A stretch of 64,000 nt of DNA from Octopus sinensis (GCF_006345805.1 NC_042998.1:192324001-192388000), one strand, 5' to 3'; positions 1 to 11,906 are shown, counted from the stretch's first letter. Numbers and translations are program-made. Notes: generated from the sequence alone by a model not told the origin.

Positions 1-89
1 GTGTATGTATGTATGTATATATATATATATGCATATATACATACGTATGTGTACATACTTACATCTATACATATATACATATGCATATG

Positions 90-440
90 TGGGCACAGGA
101 CGTCACTGAACGTAAACAATATATAGGAACGAAAACATGAGATGCGAAATACGAATACATGCAATATGAATTTGTTTTGCAACAACGAAAGAAACAAATG
201 GGAAAAAAAACAAGTAACATAACGAACGCCCCTTCATCAGTTGTTGGCTGTTTTTCTAGTCTCGTATTTCGAGCAATTCAACGTCAAGATACGCGTTCGA
301 TAAAACAGTTTCTCCCGAAAAGCAAATTAAATAAAATTTGTGATTTTACAGAGGGTCAAAATTGGTAACAAAAACAGGACAGTGAAAACAAACAGGAAAG
401 GCTGTTAAGCCTAATCTAGGTGAGGTGGCGAACGTGAAGA
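90..440 (-). mobile_element. Probable Penelope-like element terminal (pLTR/3') fragment
   Basis: The minus strand carries CTGATGAAGGGG (plus 227-238), a motif typical of Penelope termini. There is no coding signature, and the family call comes from recollection only. Confidence 0.3.
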
Positions 441-492
441 AGCAAGCTTGGACAAGAGACAGACAAGAATGCGTCTAATTCATCAAGCTGAA

Positions 493-520
493 TCAGAGAG
501 AAAGAGAGAAAGAGAGAGAG

Positions 521-563
<43 letters not shown>

Positions 564-565
564 AA
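493..565. repeat. (GA)n/(GAAA)n microsatellite
   Basis: Directly visible; explains ORFs 448..633 and 493..765. Confidence 0.95.
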
Positions 566-1051
566 CACGAGTTAGGAAAAGAGAAAAGATGGCCGATGGT
601 CGCGTGAAAGCTAGGAGAGAGCAAAGGAAGTAGAGTGAGGGAGAGAGGATGACAGACAGAGAACGGCGAAAGGGAGAGGAAAAGCAATGGAAAGTAAGTA
701 AAAACGAAATCTCTAGCGTTCTGTTGATAGTGTTCAGGATTGATAGATGTTAGCAAATACTTCACTCACCATATCCATAAATTTAAAGTCTTACAACATT
801 GAGGTAAGTCTGCTGGAATGTCAAATTTGTCCGGTCAAGATATCTTGCCAGATTGATTCTGTGATTGATTACTTGAAATTGATCAAGCTGTTTTGATACA
901 GAAAGTTCTAGATAACATACTTTTAATCAATTTAAAAGAGACAAACATCGTTAGTAGCCGCGACTGAAGTGATACTGATAAAAGATATCAGAGGCATAAC
1001 TATTTCAATAAATAAGCAACAGCTATAATGACATCAATGAGAACATCTTTC

Positions 1052-1632
1052 GTTTTTGGATTTTGTTTGCAAGATTCTTTATATGAGTTCGTGTGTTGAA
1101 GCATATTCTATTGTGTCTGGGGTGAGTCATTTTCTTTTTGTGCCTTATAATGTAACACACTCACTGGTAAAATTTCCACTTATTTCTTATTTTTATTTTC
1201 CTAAAATTTTCGTTGCGTCTTGCAACCTTTACAATAGTCTTGACTCTCAGATTTTGTGTATAGCTTGGAGGAGATGCATGTTTTAATGAAGTGGAGGTGT
1301 TGGGTAGCTATCTTAATTTTTAGACAGCAGAACACGGTGTTTCTCAATGTCTAGGTAGCTTGGCTAAAGCTTATTATATTTCGTTTTGGGATTTGGTTTT
1401 CAAGATTCTTTATATGAGTTCGTGTGTTGAAGCATATTCTATTATGTCTGGGGAGAGTCATTTTCTTTTTGTGCCTTATAATATAACGCACTCACCGGTA
1501 AAGTTTCCCCCTTTTTTTTTTCTAAAATTTTCGTTGCATCTTGCAACCTTTTCAAAAGAAAAAAGTGGAAACTTTACCGGTGAGTGTGCTATATTACAAG
1601 GCACAAAAAGAAAATTACTCTCCACAGACACA
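1052..1632. repeat. Three copies of a ~200-bp dispersed repeat (two direct, one partial inverted)
   Basis: GCAAGATTCTTTATATGAGTTCGTGTGTTGAAGCATATTCTATT... occurs at about 1068 and, as TCAAGATTC..., at about 1400. An inverted partial copy lies at about 1560-1632. The same family forms the palindrome at 17076-17342. Confidence 0.85.
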
Positions 1633-2164
1633 AGAGAATGATAACATCATTCTCGTGATATTTTTTCCAAGTTAAAATATGTAGCTGTTACTAATGTCAC
1701 CAGCAGCCACTCCATCCATGCAAGCTAACGAAAGAGCATCTACGTGATCTTGAACCAGCTACAAGTAGGTATAGTTCTTTCAACTCACTCCCTACCGTTT
1801 TGTAGAAATAGAAGATATATTAGTTAATGTCGTGCTGTATGCACTTAAGAGATCATGGTTGAATGCACGATCATGGTTGAATTACTCTTTATCCTAGACC
1901 TTCTCAATCAGGGCACACCCTGAGCTAAACAGATTTAGACAAGTGGAATTGACCTAGAACTTCATTATTAGAAATATTTGAAAAATGATAAGACAAAACT
2001 AATAAAAAAAACTACGAAAAAGTTATTTATAAACTGGATTAAACCAGAACAGTGTCAAGTGTCCACTATATATGCAAGAAAAAATTGTTCACCACACACA
2101 TACATGTGCGTACGTGTGTATTATATGTACATATGTTTCTATAGATGCATGGACACATACACAT

Positions 2165-2199
<35 letters not shown>

Positions 2200-2203
<4 letters not shown>

Positions 2204-3473
2204 GTTGTCCGGAAAGTTCGTGCCGATTTTTCAAGGAAAGAAAAAGGTCAATAAATACTTGCCATTGCATTTTTAATCAACCAAATATGAACCATTTTGT
2301 TGCACAACGCATTTCCATCTTTCCTTTAACTTGAAAATACCCTCTTCCCAGAATTGAGGTGGTTTCATGACAAAGAATTCATCAAGGTATCTTTTTACGT
2401 CATCCAAAGAATTGCAATTTTTACCATTAAAACTATTCTGCAGAGACCTGAATAAGTGGAAATCCGAAGGAGCAATATCTGGTGAATATGGAGGGTGGGG
2501 CAACACATCCTAGCCGAGCTGCAGCAATTTTTGTCTTGTTCCCAAAGAAACGTGCGGTCTTGAATTATCATGTTGGAAAACAACACCTTTCCTCTTGGCC
2601 AATTCTGGATGTTTCTCTTGAACTGCTGCTTTTAAATCGTCCACTTGTGTGCAGTATTTCTCAGAATGAATTTTCTGGTTACTTGGGACAAGCTCCTAGT
2701 ACAGAATTCCTTTCCAATCCCTCCAGACACAATGCAAGACTTTTTTAGAGCGAAGACCCGCTTTTGGGGTGGCTAATAGTGGTTCATGTCGCTTACTCCA
2801 GGATCGCTATCTCTGAACATTTCGGTAGATAATCCATTTTTCATCACCTGCCACAATTTGCTTTAAATCAGGCGCGTTTTCTTTCCGTTTATAAAGCGAA
2901 TAACAGATGGAAATGCGATCCAAAAGTTGGGTACCACTCAAGTCATGTGGTACCCAAACACCGAGCGATCTGTGTACCCAAGCTTTACCAGGTGCTCATG
3001 AACGACGAACTTTGATAGGTTGAGGCTTTCTGCCAATTCTCGGGTTGTGCAATGTGGGTTATTCTCAATTAATGACTTGATTTGGTCATCATCTGTAGTG
3101 AATGGTCTGCCTGATCGCTCTTTATCAATAAGGCTACAATCTCCAGCTCGGAACCTTGCGAACCATTTCCGTACAGTTCTTTCCGATAAAGAAACACCAC
3201 CGTAAACTGCGCATATTTCATTGGTTGCTTGTGGGGCATTTTTCCCTTGGCGGAAAAAGAAAAGCATCAAGCACCGAAAATGAACTTTCTTATCTTCCAT
3301 TTTAAAGGGGTACAGAACTAACACAGTTTATAGGAACATAAACCTTCTTCCATGAAAAGATAGTTTACACTGTGCTCTAAATGGAGATGTAGTAAAATCT
3401 ATTTTAGGAACTCAACCATGTTCTAAAATAAGTCGAAAGGTAAGCTACTATAAATCGGCGCGAACTTTCCGGA
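2200..3473 (-). mobile_element. Decayed mariner (Tc1/mariner, DD34D) DNA transposon
   Basis: Left TIR TTGGGTTGTCCGGAAAGTTCGTGCCGATTT (2200-2229) follows a TA. The right TIR remnant AAATCGGCGCGAACTTTCCGGA (3452-3473) is truncated by a later insertion. Transposase motifs are present on the minus strand. Confidence 0.95.
2273..3300 (-). pseudogene. Mariner transposase pseudogene
   Basis: Shows an HTH N-terminus (MEDKKVHFR...RSGRP), WVPH, GDEKW, HDNSRPH and HPPYSPDIAPSDFHLF, with 34 residues between the second and third Asp. It carries frameshifts and a TGG>TAG stop. Confidence 0.93.
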
Positions 3474-3665
3474 GAAAAGAGAGAACACAACAACGCGAGT
3501 GCGTGGAACAAGTATAGTGTTATTGGACGCTCAGGAAAGGAAAGAAAGAAGGAGGATTTAATGTTTCGAGCAGAGCTCTCCGTCAGAAACATAGGAAGAG
3601 GAAAGATCCAAGGAAGGGAAGACGGAGGAAAAAAAATCGCCAACGATACACACGCGGTCACACAA
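3474..3665 (-). mobile_element. Penelope-type terminal repeat with a degenerate hammerhead motif
   Basis: Reverse-complement copy of 21019-21225. Minus-strand motif GTTT-CTGACGG-A-GAGC-TCT-GCTC-GAAACAT-T-AAAT at 3556-3590. Confidence 0.75.
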
Positions 3666-3719
3666 ACATATATATGTATACACTGTTTAATCTGTCTCTG
3701 CATCCATATGAGCGTCTGT

Positions 3720-3791
3720 TTATATATACACATGTGTGTGTATGTGTATGAGTATATATGTATATATATGTGTGTGTATGTATATGTGTAC

Positions 3792-3824
<33 letters not shown>

Positions 3825-3874
3825 TGTATATATGTATATATATATCTATATGTATATATATATGTATATATATA

Positions 3875-3940
<66 letters not shown>

Positions 3941-3985
3941 GATGTATGTATGTATGTATGTATGTATCTATGTGTATGTACACAC
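3720..3985. repeat. (TA)n/(TATG)n compound microsatellite
   Basis: Directly visible. Confidence 0.95.
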
Positions 3986-4674
3986 GTGTGGCCGGAGAGG
4001 CAGATTATTAAAATTGAAGTGGTAAATCGACCGTTAGTATTACTTTGTACAACAATGTTATATTGTTCTCTTCAAAAAAATCAATAGTACGATATCTTCC
4101 AGCAACGATCAACGAAAGAAATATAAATCTCGTAAAATACTTTAAATATTTCCAACGTGTTGTTTTATTGCTATCACTAAAAGATTGTATGGATGAAATA
4201 AACCACCCAAAATATGACTTCAATGATCTGTAATGTCTTAACATTAAGCTACATGATTATTTCTTGAAATGCTCTTAATTTATACGACCTTATTTTATAG
4301 CACCAAAATAATACGATTTCATCTATTATTCGTGTTATCATATATTTCGTTAGAAATCTAGGTCCGGAATTTGGGGCGCGATCTTGCCATCATATTCACG
4401 ATATAGCGTACTGATAAACACGAGACGTTTTTGTTATCTGGCTAGGTTTTGTGCCACTCTGATAATTCACAACAGCGGGATCTATTTTTATTTTAGTGCT
4501 TTAAATAAAGATGCCAGGAATGACATTGCTACTAATAGTTCCGATAGATCAGCGTTGGTTGCTGGGATTTATATTTTTCTACTCATTTAGCAGTATCAGT
4601 TTTAGTACATAATTTTATATTCCACTATCTGTACCAATTCCATTGAAATCGTGAAATCACTAGATACGTATTTT

Positions 4675-4890
4675 ATCTTTTACTTGTTTCAGTCATTGGA
4701 CTACGTTCGCGTTGGGGCACCGTCTTGAAGCTTTGGTCGCACGAATCGTCCCCTCCCCGTACATATTCTATCGGTTTCTTTTGCCGAAATGCTATATGAC
4801 GTAGATATAAACAAACACCTGTCAGGTAATGAACAAGCAAAAGCACAAAGACGTACACACATAGGGGTTCGGTGAGCGCGACCGATATAT
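4675..4890 (-). mobile_element. Degenerate 3' part of SINE family B (same family as 37365-37772)
   Basis: TACTTGTTTCAGTCATT...TATTCTATCGGTTTCTTTTGCCGAA resembles the family-B tail. Confidence 0.6.
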
Positions 4891-4904
4891 ATATGTGTGT
4901 GTGT

Positions 4905-4955
<51 letters not shown>

Positions 4956-5068
4956 ATATATATTCGGGTACAGAGCGGTAACAAGAAAAGAAACGACAAT
5001 AAACAATTATCTTATGAACTTCAATGGAGCTCGTAAGATAATCATTTATTCCTTTGGCTTCTTTTAAT

Positions 5069-5134
<66 letters not shown>

Positions 5135-5526
5135 GAGTGTGTGTATGTATTTATATACTTATGGTATATTCTGGTAAGAACGTTGTAGAGTAAAGTAAAA
5201 AGATTTACGCTGTGCTATCCAATAGTAATAATATACGTAATTCCAGTTTGCGTTTGGGCATATGTAGTGTATGAATAGATAATTGAAAACATTGGAGTCA
5301 AAAAGAAGAGGCACGGTTGAACATTTATTTTTTAATCACTACAATTGTTTCCACGCAACGTAGTTCTCCATGTGTGCTTGTACTTGATTATGCGACTGTT
5401 TCCCTGCATTATGAGATCTAGCTGTGTTTCCTCATGCGATATGTAAATGCTGTCTCCGTAAATTAAAACTCTTCGGCTTCAAGAACATCCTGTCTTTCTG
5501 TCGTGGCCTGAATATAGTTGTAGTCA

Positions 5527-5622
5527 TACATACATACATACATACATACATACATACAAACAAACAAACAAACAAATAAACATACATACATATATACATA
5601 CGTACATACATATATTCATACA

Positions 5623-5655
<33 letters not shown>

Positions 5656-5757
5656 TCATACATACATAATACATATATGCATGCATACATGCATGCATAC
5701 ATACATACATACATACATACCTACATACATACTTATATACATATATACATACATACA
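5527..5757. repeat. (TACA)n/(AACA)n microsatellite
   Basis: Directly visible. Confidence 0.95.
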
Positions 5758-6439
5758 CGCTGGGCTTCTTCTCACTTTATATAAATTATATAATGATATC
5801 AATACTAGTTAATAATGGATTGGCCAAAATGTCCGATCGGGTTTTCCCGACACTAAATGTTAAGCACTCTAATCAGCAGCTAACTTTAGTCTGTACCTTG
5901 TGCACGCGTACTCGCTCGATACTTGGCACGTGAACGTAGTTTGACTCAAATTTGTAGCGAGACAGGTTGTATTTTGCATCTTGGGAACACATTGAAAATG
6001 GCAAACCAAAACGAACATTATTGGTACCTCATGCTTTACTTTTATTTGAAAAAGAGCAAGAAAGCGGGAAAACTTTATGAAGATATATGCTGAGTGCAGA
6101 GAGGATGCTGTTACGGAATGTGTATGCCAGAAGTGACTTTAAAGATATCTCTTGGAGAATTTTGAGTTCAAGATGTTCTTTGCTCTGGTCGACCAACTGA
6201 AATTAACAGTGACTCTAACCCCTATTGTATAACCAGATATTCTCCAAATATCCAAGTCGAGTATTGAAAACCATTTGCATGAACTTGGTTGCGTCAGCAG
6301 ATTCGACGCTTGAGCCTCAAATCAACTGAGCGAGATTAAACTTGCCCAATGGATTCTCATCTACGGTTTGTTGCAGAAATGTGAAGATAACATCGCTTTT
6401 TGAGAAGAATGGTGTCATGGAGAGAAAAATGGACCCTTT

Positions 6440-6900
6440 ATGATAGGATGGATTTCAACCGTGTTTCGTGGTCTGCTCCCACAACAGCTCCTTTATAGAA
6501 TTCAGTTAGCTCAAGACATCGTCAGGAGGAACCACGTCCGGTTTCGGTCCCTACTCCTCTACCGTTTGACGTCCCCCCCCCCTTCAGAGATTTCTTCAGG
6601 TCTGGTGTTGGGTGCATGTCTTCTTTCTTCTTTCTTCTGTTCCCTGGCCTCTTCGATGTAGCGTCAACGAGTGTCAGCGGGCGACTGACTAACTTGTCAA
6701 ATTTTTCCCTTTAAGTACCTGCTGGCAGACTCCAGCAGGCAGCCTCAGCAAGTTGTCACGTGACACTGTCTCAACTTTAACTGACCAATGAAGGCGCGCA
6801 GTCTTAGCCCACGCATTGAATGATTGTATGAATCGTAAACGATCGTGATGGAAGGGCGGAGAACGACCACCAACTATCTTCGCAGTAGGGTTTCACCTGT
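6440..6900 (-). mobile_element. GC-rich insertion in the old mariner, probably a Penelope-like pLTR
   Basis: Interrupts the transposase. Contains the palindrome TGTCACGTGACA (6754-6765), CCAAT (6785), GGGCGG (6854), a TATA-like TACTTAAAG on the minus strand, and CTGACGA...GAAAC on the minus strand. Confidence 0.45.
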
Positions 6901-7384
6901 AGAAGGTTATACTTTAAATTTGGTGGGACTGGAAATGTGTAGTCTTTTACCAGCTTATTTCCACGGAAAGGACCATGAATTAGGAGAAATTAAACGCAGA
7001 ACAAATTAAACGCATCGATCCATCAGAAGCATCTGGCACTTGCTAATTGTAAGATCATTATCTTACCTCACGACATACTGCACACTTTTTTGCAGATGCG
7101 TCTAGATTTACAAGGGAAGTTTTGCCGGACCCTCGTAATTCGCCCGACCTTTCCACTTTCAGATTTCCATCTGGTCTGGTCTCTTCAAAATTCATCTAAC
7201 GAAAGGACTGACCTTCAACTCTGAAGAGGATGTAACAATTTCATATGCAAGACTTTTTCCGATGAAAGCAGAAAACATGCGAAATTCTTTGAGCAGAGAA
7301 TAATGTATCTGCCCACGAAATAGTAGAATATACTGGAATTAAAGAGTATTATATCTTTGATTGAATAAATTGCTTTCTGTTTAA

Positions 7385-7605
7385 CCCTTTAGTGTTCACA
7401 TTATTCTGCCATAATTAAAGCTTTTTCATCCACATTGTTTTGAACTAATCATGCCTTATCTTGTAGCTATGAGATTTTGATGAGGTAGCTGTTAATTTTT
7501 AAGATGATGTTGTAGGGTTGGTGTGCGAGGCCAGATCTGGCCAGTTTGAACATAAAACAGGCAGAATACTTTTGGCCGGATATGGCCGGTTTAAATGCTT
7601 AAGGG
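7385..7605. mobile_element. piggyBac-type MITE
   Basis: TTAA (7381-7384) + CCCTTTAG ... CTTAAGGG + TTAA (7606-7609). A TTAA target duplication with CCC/GGG termini is the piggyBac signature. Confidence 0.8.
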
Positions 7606-8112
7606 TTAAAACTTACGTCTTATTTTTGCTTTAAAAAGCGAACGAACTTTCTGGCCAACTTAATAGATATCATATATAAACTTATGACTTGTATCTTTTA
7701 TTTTTAGTATTGAAGAAATCTTTTATTTTTTTTATTATTGACTAGATTTTTTATATGATTGTACATAGTATTAGCTTCATTTCCTTGCCAGTACTGGATG
7801 ACTAGAATTTACTTTCAAAGTGAAACGAAGATAAAAATAAAATACTTCAAAAAAAAGAAGAATTAATAAGACTAGACAAGAAAAAATAGAAAATATATTT
7901 GACTTCTTAACCGAGCAGAATTTCTGTAGGATTTTTTTTTTTTAATGATAAATTGATTGTATACTCCATTTAAATTTACCACTTTTTTCGTGCATAATGC
8001 GGCGGGGAGACGAACTTAATACAAAACATTCAATCAAAATTGGTTGGTAGCTATATACAAGTGTGTGAAACAATAAAAGACAAGAGGGTAAAATATATTG
8101 CGAAAAATAAAT

Positions 8113-8700
8113 TAAGGTTATTTATTTCTACAGATATTCTATAAAAATTATAGCCAACATTGATTTTTGCTTCTACGTTTCGTATACGAGACGTCATATG
8201 TAAACAATGAGATCGAAGATGAAAAATGGGTAATGGGCGTATGTGCCATATTTTAGGGGGTTTTGCCCCTTCGTCAGCACCCATATAATTCACTAATCAT
8301 CCTCGAACATATTGCTTAAATAGCAACTATATATAGCAGTGTAAAGTTATTTGATATACTTTAATATACTTTAATATAGTATATTATAGTCGCCAAACTA
8401 CAAATCATTTGTATTTACGTACCGACTTCCAGGAATGAGTCTAATATGTAAATTGGTATTTCCAATCACTTTTACACCGCTATGTGGTGGCTATTTAAGT
8501 AAGTGTTTGAGGATGATTAATGGGTTAGATGGGTACTGATGAAGGGAAAAATCCCCAAAATATGGCATACACGCTCATTACCCATTTTTCTTCTTCGATC
8601 TCATTGTTTGTTTACATCTGACGTATCGTATACGAAACGTAGTAGCAACAATCAGAGCTCGCTATAATTTCTATGAAATATCTATAGAAATAACCTTAAC
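8113..8700. repeat. Long inverted repeat (arms ~230 bp, spacer ~125 bp) of Penelope-terminus-like sequence
   Basis: 8113-8340 is the reverse complement of 8465-8700 at roughly 80% identity by eye. The arms carry degenerate CTGAYGA...GAAA motifs. Confidence 0.85.
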
Positions 8701-8869
8701 AAATAATGTAAAGCGCAATGCTAACACAGTAGAATGTGGTATTAACTTCTACAAAAGGTTTAATATACATTATAGTATATTATGGTTGCATAACGAAATA
8801 CCATATACTTACAAATCATTAGTACGAAAAGTAAGGCAGATTATTATATTGGAAATCGCATGGTATACG

Positions 8870-9905
8870 AGTAAATGCAGTTATTTACAACAGAAAAGTA
8901 GAGAGAATAGATCACATGTCTTGAGTTTAAGAAAAATTCTTAGTCCAGAGTATCATTGCTATGCAAAGCTTGCATCATCCGCTTCCGTTTATATAGGACC
9001 CTGGCTGCTCTATGATCCTCGATTTAATTTAGTATGGGATTCCTTCATTCTTAAGGCATCACATGTAGCTAGCCAGGGACGTGACGTAATGTCTTTCCGG
9101 AAGCCTAAAAGAGGACGTGTGGTTGTACAGGCGCTGCTTAAAGGCAGTTCCGGTTGACCCGATATATCTCCAAACGTGTGTGCTAGTTATGATCACGTCT
9201 CTGCTGTATCTTCTGTTGGCTCCGACCCTGAAATTGTTGTTGTTACCGCTACTGTCGTTAGAGCTGTCATCGGCGTTGTTATTACGGAGCGTGGGTCTGG
9301 TGATATCATTGTAGTTGATGCCGTTTCAGTAGTCATCCCCCGCCGTAATGCTAGTATTGCTGGTGCTGTTGCCGATGGTGTTGTGGCTGCCGTCGCTGCT
9401 AATGCTGGGCGTGGGATTGGTAGCTTTGCTGGTGCTGCTGGTACTGGTGTGGTCATCCCCGGCCGTAGTGCTGGTGTTGGTGCTGCGGTCGTTGCTGCCG
9501 GTGCTGGTGTTTCTGCCGCTTCATACGTTGCCGTCGCTGCCGCCTCCACCATTGTCATCGATGTTGTTGGATGACCTGCTGCTGCTATTACTCCGGATGT
9601 TATGACTGGATACAACTACAGCCTCGAATACGATCCTCTCAGCCTCGCAGTTGTCCCCCACTGGTTAACCATTGTACTCCCTGCATGAGCAACCAGCCTC
9701 TGTTGGCGTTTTATGGGCAAGTTCAGAAATATGTCGGGTCAGCCGGAACTGCCTTTAAGCAGCGCCTGTACAACCACAGGCCCTCTTTTAGGGTTCCGGA
9801 AAGACATTACGTCACGTCCCTGGCTAGCTACATTTGACGCCTTAAGAATGAAAGAACCCCAAACGAAATTAAATCGAGGATCATAAAGCAGCAAGTGTCC
9901 TATAC
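8870..9905. mobile_element. Two divergently oriented Penelope GIY-YIG endonuclease fragments around a GC-rich low-complexity spacer
   Basis: Plus 9722-9905 reads QKYVGSAGTAFKQRLYNHRPSFR. Minus 9175-8870 reads RYIGSTGTAFKQRLYNHTSSFR...NGSG*CKLC. The arms 8990-9175 and 9722-9905 are about 88% identical as inverted repeats. Confidence 0.85.
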
Positions 9906-9917
9906 ATATATATATAT

Positions 9918-10002
<85 letters not shown>

Positions 10003-10018
10003 CAGACACACACACACA
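9905..10018. repeat. (TA)n-(GATA)n-(CA)n microsatellite
   Basis: Directly visible. Confidence 0.95.
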
Positions 10019-10516
10019 GATGGCTGGGAAACTAATGTAAAGATATGAAACTAAGTTTCATTGGGGAGCAAAATGACTTCCTACTTAAGCATTGTGAGTG
10101 CTCATCTCGGAATTAAGTAATTGTAAACTAGAACCAACATTTCCATTATCTGCCGTTTTAAGTAGTTGAGGGGATAATGAAAGTTAAGGAATTGAATTAG
10201 AATTATGAAAGAAGGGCTCCTTTCCAAGAAGCACAAACAGTAGCTTTATCAGGGAAAGAAAGGCTGTATAGTAAGCATATTTGATATCCAGAAATTTCCG
10301 TAGATTACGGTGGTATTTATACTGCAATGAAAGTATTACACAGCTTGTGGTAAAAAAATCAAGACGAGAGAGAGATAGCAAAAGTGCCACCAATAAGTCA
10401 ACAACCTATTGCAGTCAATTTGTAAACAAATATAGTGTTAAGAAGAGATAATTTCAAATAAACGAAATAACGTTTGTGATGTTGGATAACATAATTTATA
10501 TAACTTTTTTTTTTTA

Positions 10517-10609
10517 TTAAATCCTTCCAAGATAGGTATTTCCTTTCAAGCATTCAAGATCTGGTGATAATTCGACACCTGTTGGTATTTCAGCATTTCT
10601 GTACAGAAA
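10517..10609 (-). CDS. Candidate terminal coding exon, product unknown (FLYRNAEIPTGVELSPDLECLKGNTYLGRI*)
   Basis: Acceptor TGCTTTTATTCTTCAG, 30 open codons, then a TAA overlapping AATAAA. The sequence looks unique, but I recognise no homologue. Confidence 0.3.
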   Translation of the reverse strand, partial: FLYRNAEIPTGVELSPDLECLKGNTYLGRI

Positions 10610-10736
10610 CTGAAGAATAAAAGCATACTGTTCCGTGTATCAGTAAATTCTATTAGTTGGACCCTTTATGTAATCATTGTATCTCTAACAATATTTCCAA
10701 GAGTTCTCAGAGTATTGAAATGTTATATGAATATCT

Positions 10737-11164
10737 ATTTCTTTACTATCCACAAAGGAGCTAAACACAGAGAGGACAAACAAGAACAGACAAATGGATT
10801 ATGTCGATTATATCGATCCCAGCGCGTAACTGCGTAACAGCGTAACTGGTACTTATTTAATCGACCCCGAAAGGATGAAAGGCAAAGTAGACCTCGGCGG
10901 AATTTGAACTCAGAACGTAGCGGCAGACGAAATACCTATTTCTTTACTACCCACAAGGGGTTAAACCCAGAGAGGACAAACAAGGACAGACAAACGGATT
11001 AAGTCTATTATATCGACCCCAGTGCGTAACTGGTTCTTATTTAATCGACCCCGAAAGGATGAAAGGCAAAGTCGACCTCGGCGGAATTTGAACTCAGAAC
11101 GTAGCGGCGAAATAACGCTAAGCATTTAGCCCTGCGTGCTAACGATTTAGCCAGCTCGCCGCCT
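10737..11164 (-). mobile_element. tRNA-derived SINE family A, head plus two body-tail units
   Basis: B-box GAGTTCAAAT and central GGTCGACTTTGCCTTTCATCCTTTCGGGGTCGA, which resembles the Meta/Sauria-type central domain. Flanked by a 16-bp TSD, AG(G/A)TATTCATATAACA in SINE sense (11165-11180 and 10721-10736). Confidence 0.9.
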
Positions 11165-11587
11165 TGTTATATGAATACCTGGTTTCATACAAATCATCAT
11201 AGAAAGAGACTAAATCTTCTTTATAGAATTACTCACGTACTCAAGGTAAATAGTCATCCTTTATATTTTTTTCCTTATGCTTCCATTCTTTTCTACTGTG
11301 TCAGATCTCCATTAACATTTGAATTTTGACTACTATGTTATGTAACAGCTAAGGTGGCGAATAGTCAGAACCATTACAACATCGACTAGAATATTTTGGG
11401 CTATTTATTCTCGCTCTCTGAGGTCTGAATAAAATCTTGCCGAGGTCGATTTTGGGTTTTATACTTTCGGGGACGATAAATATAATATTCCACTAGAGGA
11501 AGGATACTCATTTTCTCTCTCTCTCTCTCTTTCTCCCCCCTCTCTCTCTTTATATATATTTATAATTATAATTAAGGGCATAGAAAC

Positions 11588-11779
11588 AAATACAATTATA
11601 ATTAAGGGCATAAAAATATCTTTCCTATATGCTGAAAGGAGACGCTAATTGTCAAACCACATTAAATGTCATCACTATTATTATTAATAATAGCAATGAT
11701 ACTAAATGTGGTTCCACGCTTTAGCGTCTCCTTCAGCATATAGGCAAGATGTTTTATGCCCTTAATTATAATTGTATTT
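11588..11779. repeat. ~190-bp near-perfect palindrome (MITE-like)
   Basis: Arms 11588-11648 and 11721-11779 are reverse complements, and the interior also pairs (CCACATT...AATGTGG). Confidence 0.85.
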
Positions 11780-11852
11780 ATGATTTCACCTTAATAGGTC
11801 TATTTTTTTTATATGCTGGCCACCGATAAAATTTGTAACAATTTTATCCTTT

Positions 11853-11879
<27 letters not shown>

Positions 11880-11906
<27 letters not shown>

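Larger units (their letters stand above)
5815..7663 (+). mobile_element. Old, heavily decayed mariner with two nested insertions
   Basis: Imperfect TIRs lie at 5815-5845 and 7633-7663, flanked by TA. The start reads MANQNEHYWYLMLYF at about 5998. A degenerate HPPYSPDLAPSDFHL region lies at about 7120-7190. Confidence 0.75.

Noticed and set aside
6455-6530. Extended hammerhead CTGACGA...GAAAC on the minus strand (similar partial cores near 230 and 63100-63130)
   Set aside because: Stems I-III could not be closed convincingly.
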